From assembly GCA_964442705.1 (NCBI GenBank), contig CAYUAQ010000005.1:1102-65101 (forward strand): 64,000 nucleotides of DNA, written 5' to 3'. The stretch is from an uncultured Desulfobacteraceae bacterium. GTDB lineage: Bacteria > Desulfobacterota > Desulfobacteria > Desulfobacterales > JALSRD01. The notes beneath the pieces are model-generated. The model saw nothing but the letters and a program-made list of their open reading frames with translations. It made no database searches and was not told the origin of the DNA. Of the stretch, positions 44,477 through 53,941 are shown piece after piece. The translations under genes and the position numbers were made by a program. Each line of letters starts with the position of its first letter. Within the stretch, counting starts at the first letter, position 1.

Positions 44477-45487
44477 TCATCGAACGGTATATTCCGAAGC
44501 GCCGAGCTGCTGGGTTACCGGACGCTGCGCCCGCCGGAACACCCCCCCGTGGGACAGAATCTTGTCGATATAATCCGCATCCACCCGTCGATTCCGTTGA
44601 ATGCGGGTGCGTTTCCGACGCATTTTGTCGCCCCCTCTGAAAGCATCCCGGTAAGCGGCGAAAATCAGTTTGGCCCTGCCCCTCAGGGGGTGGTAGAAAA
44701 GGGAGGCTGCATTGTAAAACAGCATCTGGGGCCAGTACCTGCGGAGCAGTTCACGGGGCATGTTCTTAATGACCACCCACAGCTGGTTGCGGCGCATGAG
44801 GTAAAACCACCGGGGGGACCGCCCGATGGTAGTGCCCCCCTTATGGTAGACAACGGCTTCCGGAACGTAACGACAGCGGTATCCGCGCAGCTGCGCGCGG
44901 AAGCTCAGATCCACGTCTTCTGCGTTGGCAAAAAAATCTTCATCCAGCAGACCGATGTCTGCCAGCATGTCACGCCGGTAGAGCGCTGCCCCGGCGCAAG
45001 CGCCGAAGACCGGGCATGGCTCCTGAAAGCGTCGGCCGTTTTTTTGAAGCCACCCTCTCTTGGCGGCAAAACCTGCCGTGAAAAACAGATCTCCGGCACT
45101 GTCGATAAGGTCACGCCGGTCGAAGAGCAGCATCCGGGAGGCAAAAAGCCCGGCATCGGGGTGCTTTGCGGCGGTCTCGAGGAAACTTTTCAGCCAGTGG
45201 GGAGACACCTCGGTATCGTTGTTGAGAAGGGCGATGAAATCTCCCCGGGCGGCTCTTATGCCCACGTTGTTACCGGCACAAAAGCCAAGATTGGAACGGT
45301 TTTCCATAATCAGCACCTCCGGGAAACGCTCTTTCACGAAGGCAACCGAGTCGTCACGGGAACCGTTGTCCACCAGGATGACTTCCACGTCCTCGGTCTG
45401 CTGTCGCCGAAGCGAGCGCAGGCAGACTTCGAGATGGGGTCTGCCGTTCCAGTTCAGTACCACGACACTGATGAGGGGATTGGGCAT
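44477..45487 (-). CDS. GT2 glycosyltransferase (rhamnosyltransferase-like)
   Basis: 336-aa ORF with ISVVVLNWNG, VDNGSRDDS and LLNNDTEV. Confidence 0.85.
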   Translation of the reverse strand: MPNPLISVVVLNWNGRPHLEVCLRSLRRQQTEDVEVILVDNGSRDDSVAFVKERFPEVLIMENRSNLGFCAGNNVGIRAARGDFIALLNNDTEVSPHWLKSFLETAAKHPDAGLFASRMLLFDRRDLIDSAGDLFFTAGFAAKRGWLQKNGRRFQEPCPVFGACAGAALYRRDMLADIGLLDEDFFANAEDVDLSFRAQLRGYRCRYVPEAVVYHKGGTTIGRSPRWFYLMRRNQLWVVIKNMPRELLRRYWPQMLFYNAASLFYHPLRGRAKLIFAAYRDAFRGGDKMRRKRTRIQRNRRVDADYIDKILSHGGVFRRAQRPVTQQLGASEYTVR

Positions 45488-45566
45488 TGAAAAAAGCGGT
45501 CAGGTATCAGGTGTCAGCTGTCCACTAAAGGAAGCGCCGCTTGACTCCTGACTTTTTACGAAATCA

Positions 45567-46535
45567 TCAACCCGTGTCGTTCTTTTGAGTGGCGGCATGC
45601 TCCATCCCGTTTACGATGACTTTGCGGATGGTATAGGCCGTGTCGTTGGTTTTTTCGAAGTAGATTTTCATCAGCACATCCGCCAGCAGCCCGGATATGA
45701 ACAGCTGGATCCCGGTAATGGTCAGAAAGGCGGCCAGCAGCGGAAAGGCTGAATTGGACATATCCTCTCCCCTGAGAAACAGAAAGAAAGTATACAGGAC
45801 GGTGATCATGCCCATCAAGAGGCAAATCAGCCCCCCGCCCCCCAGCAGGTGCAGCGGCCGAACGGCGTATTTGTTCCAGAACCACACCGACAGGATGTCC
45901 ACGAATCCCTTGATGGTCCGGCGCCAGTCGTACTTGGTGCTCCCCGCCACCCGCGGCCGGTGATTGACGGCCAGTTCACCGATTTGGAAGCCCTTTATTT
46001 TCAGCAGCGCCGGGATGAAGCGGTGCATCTCTCCGTACAGCCGCACGTGTTCAAAACAGCTGCGACGATATATTTTCAGCGAACAGCCGCTGTCGTGGAT
46101 GCCGTCTTTGAGAAGCAGGGCGCGGAGGAGATTGGCGCCCCGCGACACCAGTCGTTTGGCGGTTTTATCGCGGCGGTTCACCCGCCAGCCGGACACGGCG
46201 TCCAGATTGTTCTCCTCCAGGTACTGCACCAGCCGGGGAATGTCGTGAGGGTCATTCTGGCGGTCTCCGTCCATAGTGACGATATAGTCATACTGCGCAT
46301 GATCGATGCCGGCGTCCAGGGCCGCGGTCTGACCGAAGTTTTTCTGAAAACAGACCAGTTTCACGGGCCTGAGCCCGGCGGCGACCTCGACGGTGCCGTC
46401 GGTGGATCCGTCGTCGACGATGATGATCTCGTAACGATAGGCGTTGGTTTCGCATACCTGCACGATCTCCTGGTGAAGCGCGACGATATTTTCCGCTTCG
46501 TTCATGACGGGGACAATGATGGATAGGCTCGTCAT
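45567..46535 (-). CDS. Polyprenyl-phosphate glycosyltransferase (GT2, GtrB/ArnC/DPM1-like, two C-terminal TM helices)
   Basis: Start taken at MTSLSIIVPVMNE inside track ORF 45567-46571. IIVDDGSTDGT and MDGDRQNDP are present. Two C-terminal helices (LLGGGGLICLLMGMITVLY and LAAFLTITGIQLFISGLLA). Confidence 0.8.
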   Translation of the reverse strand: MTSLSIIVPVMNEAENIVALHQEIVQVCETNAYRYEIIIVDDGSTDGTVEVAAGLRPVKLVCFQKNFGQTAALDAGIDHAQYDYIVTMDGDRQNDPHDIPRLVQYLEENNLDAVSGWRVNRRDKTAKRLVSRGANLLRALLLKDGIHDSGCSLKIYRRSCFEHVRLYGEMHRFIPALLKIKGFQIGELAVNHRPRVAGSTKYDWRRTIKGFVDILSVWFWNKYAVRPLHLLGGGGLICLLMGMITVLYTFFLFLRGEDMSNSAFPLLAAFLTITGIQLFISGLLADVLMKIYFEKTNDTAYTIRKVIVNGMEHAATQKNDTG

Positions 46536-46750
46536 TTCTGCGCCTTGTGCTTTCTGTTGGTATATTCTCAAAAACCTCAGTTAAGTGGTTGCCAGAGGTG
46601 CGCCAATCGTGTTTCGGTGGGGCGACTTTGAAATTCAGACGGACGACCGGATGGCGCCCCGGATGGACACCGGGCGAAGGCGAAACACCATCGGCGCGGA
46701 GTCACCGGAACGTATTGAACATACTTCTCTTCTGTTGTGGCTGTCCCGGG

Positions 46751-47323
46751 TTACCTGGCACGCGGCGCCTGGCTGAATGCCTTCTCGATGGCGGAGGCCC
46801 AGACGTGCAGGATAAAAACGTGCGCTTCCTGTATACGGGCGGTGCGGGTGGCCGGCACCACCACCGAGGTATCGCAAAGCGATTTCAGCCGGCCGCCGTC
46901 TCTGCCCAGCAGGCCGATGGTGGCAAGGCCTTTCTGGCCGGCGACATTGAGCGCTTCGCCTATGTTTTCTGACATCCCCGAAGTGGAGATACCCACCAGC
47001 ACGTCACCGGCCCCCCCCAGGGCCTCCACCTGCCGGGCGAACACCCGGGAAAAGGCATAGTCGTTGGCCACGGCCGTCATGATGGATGAATCCGTTGTCA
47101 ATGCGACGGCGGCCAGCGCCTGCCGTTCGGCTTCGAAGCGGCCCACCAGTTCGGCGGCAAAATGCTGGGCATCCGCGGCGGAGCCCCCGTTTCCGCAAAT
47201 CATCACCTTGCCGCCCTTTTTCAGGGCTGCCGTCATCACCGCGACGGCTGTGCCAACCGCCGCCTCCAGGTGCGGCAGCTTTTCGAAACAGCGTCTGTGT
47301 TCATCAAGGTGTTCCAGGAACAT
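46751..47323 (-). CDS. gmhA: D-sedoheptulose-7-phosphate isomerase (SIS domain)
   Basis: 190-aa ORF with KVMICGNGGSAADAQHFAAELVGRF, LTTDSS and GISTSGMSEN. Confidence 0.85.
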   Translation of the reverse strand: MFLEHLDEHRRCFEKLPHLEAAVGTAVAVMTAALKKGGKVMICGNGGSAADAQHFAAELVGRFEAERQALAAVALTTDSSIMTAVANDYAFSRVFARQVEALGGAGDVLVGISTSGMSENIGEALNVAGQKGLATIGLLGRDGGRLKSLCDTSVVVPATRTARIQEAHVFILHVWASAIEKAFSQAPRAR

Positions 47324-47359
47324 GGGTTCAAATCCTTCCCGTTGATGGTGAATGACACC

Positions 47360-49243
47360 TCAGACCTTGGGGATAGGCAACAGCCCGTAAAATAGAAAGG
47401 AGTAGGCACCAAGGATAAACAGGGAAATCGCCAGGAGGTTCAGCAACCTGGCGGGAACACGTTCTTCTACCTGCACGAGCAACATGCCGACCATGGCGAA
47501 AAGCGGTAGGAAATAACGGCCCTGGTTCTGAAGGTCCACATTCCATGAATTCCAGAACGCGGCGCCCACCAGCGTCAGGCCGCAGATAATCACATTGGCC
47601 AGGTCCAGTTTGATGGGAAACGCTGTCCGAAAGCAAGCGGACCATACCAGCAAAGCGGACAGCAGGTAAACGAGATATTTAATGACCTGGTAATAGAGAA
47701 TCGAGCCGTACAAAGACATGTAGCCGTACACGCCGAAGGTGCTCTGAAACGATATGCGCCCCCAGCCGTAGCGGTCGAACATCTGCTCAATGGTGACGCC
47801 GCGCTTTTTCAGGTTCAGCCCGAAATGCTGGGCCCTCAGCGGGGTATTGGGCTTGAACCGGGGTCTGGCCTGCTGGTTGCGGCATTCGGTCAGTTTCCGG
47901 GATCGATCCCAGCCGTTCTGAACCACATCGTAACCGAAACGCCCCCCCGCCAGAACCATGGCCACGGCCACAACCAGCCCCAGCCGTTTCCAGGTGCGCA
48001 TGGGCACGGAAAAACCGCTCTCCAGCAGCCTGATAACCAGAAAGCCCGCCAGAAAAATGCCGAAAAAATAAAAGTTTAGTTTGAGCAGCGGCACCATGGC
48101 CAGCAGCAGGGCGGCGCCCATCAGCCGACCGGCCAATGCCGCCGCCGGCAGGTCTTCGAAAACCAGCTGCCTGGCCGGGCTGCGCTTTTCCAGTACCATG
48201 TATGCCAGCAGGAAGCAGATGAACAGGGAGAAGGCATCGGAGTTGAAGTAACTGAAGATATACCACACCTGGGGACTGATCAGCAGCGGCAGGTACAGAA
48301 TACGGTGTTCGCTTTTTACCAGGCACAGCCACAGCAGAATGCCGAACAGCAGGATATTGAAAAAACGCAGCCGCAGGTGTGCCTCCAGGGGCAGCATGGC
48401 CAGCATACGGGAAAATTTGCCGGCGAAAAAATAAACGATCTCGAAGGAGTCCAGGCGGGAGACACCGTGCACACTGTAAGTTCCGGCGGCCTCCGGTGAA
48501 CATATGGCCGGCAGCAGCCAGTGATCTTCATAAAATTGTGCAGCCTGAACGTGCACGTATTCGTCGGGGTGCATGTTGAACCGGCTGACCATGGCCATGG
48601 CCATGATCAGCCCCAGGATGAATATCATCAGCCGCGGCGCGTAACGCCAACCCGAAGGAACCCGAACCGCCAATTCCAGTAGAAGGCCCACCAGGAAGGC
48701 CAGAACCGCTATTTTCAGGATGGAAGGCAGCCAGTTGGCGCCCCCCCTGCGGGCTAGGATAGCGGCTTCCAGCTGGGGGTCTTGCCCGGCCGTGGTAATG
48801 GCGATGCCCTCTTTTTTGAGGGTGACCGCTTTTATCTGCTGCAGCGGTCTCAGATTTTCGGCATTCTGCCGGGCGGAAATGGCGATGCTCCGATAAGGCA
48901 CCTGGGATATCACGATACGGGCAATCACGACATTTCCGGGCCTGTCCAGCGGGTCGATACGAATCCTGCTGATGTCGCCCAGGTCGCCCATGAAAAAGGC
49001 GTACTGTGTCTGGGAGGAGGTGATCAGCACCGATGCCGAGCGCCTCTCGCTGTATGCCCCACCCTTTCCGGCCCAGTATATTTTGAAACTGCCCCGCGTG
49101 TCGGTTCTCAGCGATATCCGCACCAGTGCCCTGTGGGACAGGAGCCATGCGCTCAGCACAAGCCCGAGAACGAGGAAGACAACTATGCGCTTTTGGGGAG
49201 ATAGATACATGCAGGGATGATTTCGTTGGCGGGCATGGATCAC
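47360..49243 (-). CDS. Large polytopic membrane protein, GT-C/DUF2142-like candidate glycosyltransferase
   Basis: 627-aa ORF. It has an N-terminal TM helix, a domain of about 150 aa, then at least 10 TM helices. The first loop motif HPDEYVHVQAAQFYEDHW recalls polyprenyl-P-dependent GT-C enzymes. The start may be GTG49243 or ATG49210. Confidence 0.6.
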   Translation of the reverse strand: MIHARQRNHPCMYLSPQKRIVVFLVLGLVLSAWLLSHRALVRISLRTDTRGSFKIYWAGKGGAYSERRSASVLITSSQTQYAFFMGDLGDISRIRIDPLDRPGNVVIARIVISQVPYRSIAISARQNAENLRPLQQIKAVTLKKEGIAITTAGQDPQLEAAILARRGGANWLPSILKIAVLAFLVGLLLELAVRVPSGWRYAPRLMIFILGLIMAMAMVSRFNMHPDEYVHVQAAQFYEDHWLLPAICSPEAAGTYSVHGVSRLDSFEIVYFFAGKFSRMLAMLPLEAHLRLRFFNILLFGILLWLCLVKSEHRILYLPLLISPQVWYIFSYFNSDAFSLFICFLLAYMVLEKRSPARQLVFEDLPAAALAGRLMGAALLLAMVPLLKLNFYFFGIFLAGFLVIRLLESGFSVPMRTWKRLGLVVAVAMVLAGGRFGYDVVQNGWDRSRKLTECRNQQARPRFKPNTPLRAQHFGLNLKKRGVTIEQMFDRYGWGRISFQSTFGVYGYMSLYGSILYYQVIKYLVYLLSALLVWSACFRTAFPIKLDLANVIICGLTLVGAAFWNSWNVDLQNQGRYFLPLFAMVGMLLVQVEERVPARLLNLLAISLFILGAYSFLFYGLLPIPKV

Positions 49244-49265
49244 GCCAGCAGCCGAATCGGAGACT

Positions 49266-50237
49266 TCACCGAAATGCTGGCGGCACTTGTTCGGGGAAAA
49301 TGTACAAGCTGGGGTCCGTGTTTTTCCCCTCGGTGGTGAGCTGGATGCCGTTGCGCGGTTTTTTTACCCGGTCCTGGACGCGCCAGCAGAATATCTGCGC
49401 GGATGATTCGTAGAGTACATAGTCGGAATCGTTGGCAACCGCTGCGCGGTGGCATCGGCCCTGTCCGATAAAATAGGACGATTCCGACAGGCTGCCCCGG
49501 GCAGCATCGAAAAAGGCGATGTACAGCGGCCGGTTGATGTTGCCCCGGACCCTGCGTGTCATGACGAGGAAGCGGCCGTCCGGGGACCAGGCCGGTTCGC
49601 AGTCTCCCTTGCGCATCAGCGCATTGGCGATATAGCGCCTGTTCTTCAGGTCGATGATCATGCTGCGATGCCCCTGGTCGGCGGTAAACGTCAGCAGGTA
49701 ACGCCCGCGGAAGCGTAGTTCGGCGCATTGGCCCAGCCGGAATCCCCGGTAGGGCGGTTTGCCCTCATCGTGAATGGTATGGATTTTGCGGGAAACCAGA
49801 TCCAGTTTGACGACTTTGCGGGCATCATCCCTGCGGATGGCCACCACCGCCTGGCCGTCCTCGGTCCAGTAAGCGCCGGTTCCGTATGCGGTGACCACGT
49901 TTTTCATTATCCGCATGGGGTTCGAAAGGTCGTTTTTCATCAACCAGACATCGTGTCCCCGCGTAAAAACGAATCCGGCACCGTCCGGAGACCATCGCGG
50001 ATTCTCACCCGGCGTGATGCGGATCGGCTTCCAGAGGGCGAGCCGCGATGCGGTGACCACGCCGTCGCGGGACCACAGCAGAACAGCCGTCGGAATCTTG
50101 GCGGCCAGACGCTGCCGCGGGCTTTTCGCCTCGGTAGACGACAGGATGCGCGGCGTCAGCAGATACCACGACACCACCCCGGCAGCGAACAGCAGGATCG
50201 GCACCGCCGCCAACAGAAGTTTACGGCGTTTTTTCAT
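49266..50237 (-). CDS. Membrane-anchored TolB-like beta-propeller (PD40 repeats) protein
   Basis: 323-aa ORF with signal anchor MKKRRKLLLAAVPILLFAAGVV and repeated WSPDG motifs. Confidence 0.65.
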   Translation of the reverse strand: MKKRRKLLLAAVPILLFAAGVVSWYLLTPRILSSTEAKSPRQRLAAKIPTAVLLWSRDGVVTASRLALWKPIRITPGENPRWSPDGAGFVFTRGHDVWLMKNDLSNPMRIMKNVVTAYGTGAYWTEDGQAVVAIRRDDARKVVKLDLVSRKIHTIHDEGKPPYRGFRLGQCAELRFRGRYLLTFTADQGHRSMIIDLKNRRYIANALMRKGDCEPAWSPDGRFLVMTRRVRGNINRPLYIAFFDAARGSLSESSYFIGQGRCHRAAVANDSDYVLYESSAQIFCWRVQDRVKKPRNGIQLTTEGKNTDPSLYIFPEQVPPAFR

Positions 50238-50247
50238 GGGTCAGGCT

Positions 50248-50808
50248 TCAGGCATGTCGCGGCTGTTTGCGTGAGAGGAAAAACAGCAGCACGGTAAACG
50301 GCACCGTCAGCATCATTTCCAGGGCGATCACGTACAGGTTGTGTTTGGAGAATACGTCCGCCAGAAACTGACCGATGGTGGCGTCGTCCAGCACCGAATG
50401 CATGACCGGCGGCAGCAGCGGAATCATGAAGTAGTGACCCGAAAACGGCCACAGAATCGGAATGCCGAAAGGGGGACGTCCGTCCATCGAGAGCAGATCC
50501 AGCAGCAGATGGGACCCATAGAGGGCGAACATGAAGAAAAATTCACGCCCGAAGCGCCGGCTGGTGGTTAAACTGATGATAACGCCGGCAATCAGGGCAA
50601 ACATAAAACCGAAACCGATGCTGTGGCTGATGCCGTGATGGTAGAGGTTGGGTGTTCCCCGCAGCATGCCGGGAATAAAATCCAGGTCCGGGGCATTGGC
50701 CAGGAAAATATAGACGCCCAGCAGCAGCAGGCTGCGGGGTTTCAGCGATTTGTCGCGCCAGGCGGCGATGACGTAGCCGGCCAACGAGTGTCCCACGGGT
50801 GAAGACAT
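50248..50808 (-). CDS. Membrane-bound metal-dependent hydrolase (YdjM/DUF457-like)
   Basis: 186-aa ORF with N-terminal SPVGHSLAGY and HHGISHS, and four hydrophobic segments. Confidence 0.6.
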   Translation of the reverse strand: MSSPVGHSLAGYVIAAWRDKSLKPRSLLLLGVYIFLANAPDLDFIPGMLRGTPNLYHHGISHSIGFGFMFALIAGVIISLTTSRRFGREFFFMFALYGSHLLLDLLSMDGRPPFGIPILWPFSGHYFMIPLLPPVMHSVLDDATIGQFLADVFSKHNLYVIALEMMLTVPFTVLLFFLSRKQPRHA

Positions 50809-50812
50809 TCTA

Positions 50813-52759
50813 TTATCCGTTCAGACCGCAGGTTGCGGCCTTTTCTCTGAGGTAGTTCTTTAAATATTGCCGGCCCTGATTCTCGATATGCAGGCGATAC
50901 CAGATTTCGGCGTTGACCAGCAGCCACAGGCGGTTGCCATGGTCCGCTCTTTTACTCAAATGCTGCTCCAGCAGTTCATCGATGGCGGCCCGGGCTAAAT
51001 AGCCATCCCGTACCAGAGAGGCATCTTTTAAAAATAGAACGTAAAGCAGCCGGAACTCGTTTTCAAGCAAATAAGTCAGCGGCGACGAAAATCCTTGTTT
51101 TTTTCGGCGAATCAACGCCGGCGGCAGAAGTTTTCGACCCAGCGCCGTCTGGATAACCCGTCTGCGCGTCCCCCTGATCTTGAACTCCGGCGGCATGCCG
51201 GCACAGAACTCCGCCAGTTTGTGATCCAGGAAAGGTGATCGGGCTTCGAGTCCATGGGCCATGGTCATGCGGTCCAGGATCATGTTGGGATGGTCGGGCA
51301 TGCGCGTCATAGCGTCCACGTACAGCATGCGGTCGACGGGGCGCGCGGCGTTGTCGCGGTCGAAATAGTATGCCAGGTTGGCTTCGGGGTCGAACAACCC
51401 CGCCTGCTTCTGAAAAAAAGGCGTGTAGAGCGCCCTTTTGTAGCGGTCTGAAAAATAGAAATAACTGAGGCTCCTGGCATAGCGCAGGCCGCTGCTGTAA
51501 AAGGACATCTGGTGTATCCAGCGCAGCTTGTGGCTCAGGCTGCGATACCAGAAACCCTCGGGCATGCGGTCGAGCAGTTTCTCGATTACCCGCCTGCGCA
51601 AGGTCTCCGGCAGCATGGCATAGTATCCGGCATAGATGTTGCCGTAGTAGCGGTCATAGCCGCCGAAAAGCTCATCGCCGCCGTCGCCCCCCAGCACCAC
51701 CTTGACTTCCCGGCGGGCCAATTCCGATATGCAGTACATGCATACCGACAGCGGATCCGAGGGCTCGTCCAGGTGCCACACCAGGTCGGGCAGTTTGCGC
51801 ACCAGGGAGGGGTTGATGGTCAACTCGAAGTGGCGGGTGCCGCACTGATCGGCCACCATGCGGGCATAGGGAAGCTCGCTGAAACCGGCATAGGGCACAT
51901 CACCGGAAAAGGTCTTGAAGGCCTCACCGTTAACACGATGCATCATGGCGACCACCAGACTGGAATCCATGCCGCCGGACAGAAAGGCGCCCACCGGCAC
52001 GTCGCTGACCAGGTGGTATTTTACGGTGGATTCCAGGCGGTTTTCCAGTTCCTGCAGGGTGTCCCCGAAAGATTGTCGACGCTTGGGTTCAAACCTCAAC
52101 TGCCAGTACGGCTGAATATCGACACGGCCGTTTTCAAACACCAGTTTGTGCCCCGGCGGGAGTTTGCGCACCCCCCGGAACATGGACCGCGGCGGCGTTA
52201 TGATGCGGATGGTCAGGTATTCGTAAAGGGCCTGGCAGTCCATTTCCCGCAGCTCGGGTTTGAGGGCCAACAGGGATTTGATCTCGGAGGCAAAGGCGAA
52301 AGCCGTTCCCCCGTGGTGATAGAAAAGCGGCTTCTGCCCCAGATGATCCCGGGCCATGAAAAGCCTTTTGCGGCGGGTATCGTAAATGGCCAGCGCAAAC
52401 ATGCCCCGCAGCTCTTTGACACAGTCTTCGCCCTTTTCCTCGTACAGATGCAGGACCACCTCGGTGTCACTGCGGGTCTTGAACCGATGGGGCTGGCTGA
52501 GACGCGCTTTGATCTCCTCGAAATTATAAATCTCGCCGTTGAAGGTGATCCACAGCGTGCCGTCCTCGTTGCACATGGGCTGGTGACCGCCGTCGAGGTC
52601 TATGATGGACAGCCTGCGCTGTCCCAGTCCCACGGTGCCGCTTTCATCGATATACATCCCCTCGTCATCGGGACCGCGGTGCCGCAACATGCGGTTCATC
52701 AGGCGAATCTGTTGTTCCGATACCCCTTCAGGGCATATGATTCCCGTTATGCCACACAC
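50813..52759 (-). CDS. Asparagine synthetase B-family glutamine amidotransferase
   Basis: 648-aa ORF with the Ntn nucleophile MCGI and the PP-loop FLSGGMDSS. This family is common in glycan loci as a uronamide or other amidotransferase. Confidence 0.88.
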   Translation of the reverse strand: MCGITGIICPEGVSEQQIRLMNRMLRHRGPDDEGMYIDESGTVGLGQRRLSIIDLDGGHQPMCNEDGTLWITFNGEIYNFEEIKARLSQPHRFKTRSDTEVVLHLYEEKGEDCVKELRGMFALAIYDTRRKRLFMARDHLGQKPLFYHHGGTAFAFASEIKSLLALKPELREMDCQALYEYLTIRIITPPRSMFRGVRKLPPGHKLVFENGRVDIQPYWQLRFEPKRRQSFGDTLQELENRLESTVKYHLVSDVPVGAFLSGGMDSSLVVAMMHRVNGEAFKTFSGDVPYAGFSELPYARMVADQCGTRHFELTINPSLVRKLPDLVWHLDEPSDPLSVCMYCISELARREVKVVLGGDGGDELFGGYDRYYGNIYAGYYAMLPETLRRRVIEKLLDRMPEGFWYRSLSHKLRWIHQMSFYSSGLRYARSLSYFYFSDRYKRALYTPFFQKQAGLFDPEANLAYYFDRDNAARPVDRMLYVDAMTRMPDHPNMILDRMTMAHGLEARSPFLDHKLAEFCAGMPPEFKIRGTRRRVIQTALGRKLLPPALIRRKKQGFSSPLTYLLENEFRLLYVLFLKDASLVRDGYLARAAIDELLEQHLSKRADHGNRLWLLVNAEIWYRLHIENQGRQYLKNYLREKAATCGLNG

Positions 52760-52797
52760 TTGCTGTCAGTTTCCTCCCCTGCCGGGTCATTTCCCGC

Positions 52798-53940
52798 TCA
52801 CGTGGTTTTGACCAGACCAAGATAGCGATCAACGACCGCATCGATGCTGTATTGACTTATCCGCGATCGGTTTTCAGCCGACATTTTTTCGCGCAGGTTT
52901 TCGGAATGCAGTAGGCTGCCGACAGCCCCGGCAAGGGCGCCCGCATCTCTACTGTTTACCAGAATCCCGTTGACGCCGTCTTCGATGAGGTCAACCTGTC
53001 CTCCGTTGTTGGTGGCGATGATGGGCAGACCGACCTGCATGGCCTCCTGCAGCACGATACCGAACCCCTCGTGCAGCGAGCTCAAAACGTAAATATCGGC
53101 GTTGGCCAGATACTGAAACTTCTTTTCTTCGGAAACCTGGCCGACAAAGTGCACCCGCGACTGCACGTTCAGTCCGGCGGCCAGCTCGATGAGACGGTCT
53201 TTTTCCCGGCCGTCACCGATGATCAGCGCCTCCACATCGTTGCCCATGTGGCACAGCGACTGGATCAGGTACTCGAAGCCCTTGCGTTTTACCAGACGAC
53301 CGACACTGACAAGATACTTCTTGTCTTCATGCAGGTGGAGCGCTTGCCGGGAGACCGGCCGGAAACGGAAAGGCTCATACGCAAGGGGAATGACCTCGAT
53401 GTGCCGGCGGGGGCGGTAGAATGCAATCGCGTTTTGCCGGGTGTTGCTGGACTGGGCCACGATGCAGTCCGACCGGTTCAGCAGGAAGCGCACCACGGGC
53501 TTGAAGAGTGCCGAGCGGTGCGGGGAGCTTTTTTTGGACGGGTCGTAAATGTCCCCGCCGTGAATGGACAGGATATTGAAAACGGGAAAAAGCGACGTGA
53601 GGAGGACACCCACAGGGCCGGTGGGCAGCACGAAGTGGGTATTGATGAAATCATAGTGCTTTCCGGCGCACAGCCTGGCGGCACACAGGAAGGCCGGCGG
53701 CAGGTACGAAAACATGGACACGAAGGTGGCCGTCTGCTGCTCTTTGCGGCCCAACACGGGCACCCGATACACCTGCACGCCGTCCATGGTTTCCCTGGCG
53801 GCCAGGCGGCCGTGGCGGCTGGTGACCACGTCCACGGCGATGCCCCGCTGAAGGAACCCGCGCGCCAGGCTATGGGAAACCCGGCCGCCGCCGCCGCCCA
53901 AGGGTGGATACTCATAGTTTAGAATCAGTGCGCGTTGCAT
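52798..53940 (-). CDS. GT4 glycosyltransferase
   Basis: 380-aa ORF with YPPLGGGGGRV and HEGFGIVLQEAMQVGLPIIATNNGG. Confidence 0.85.
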   Translation of the reverse strand: MQRALILNYEYPPLGGGGGRVSHSLARGFLQRGIAVDVVTSRHGRLAARETMDGVQVYRVPVLGRKEQQTATFVSMFSYLPPAFLCAARLCAGKHYDFINTHFVLPTGPVGVLLTSLFPVFNILSIHGGDIYDPSKKSSPHRSALFKPVVRFLLNRSDCIVAQSSNTRQNAIAFYRPRRHIEVIPLAYEPFRFRPVSRQALHLHEDKKYLVSVGRLVKRKGFEYLIQSLCHMGNDVEALIIGDGREKDRLIELAAGLNVQSRVHFVGQVSEEKKFQYLANADIYVLSSLHEGFGIVLQEAMQVGLPIIATNNGGQVDLIEDGVNGILVNSRDAGALAGAVGSLLHSENLREKMSAENRSRISQYSIDAVVDRYLGLVKTT

Positions 53941-53941
53941 A

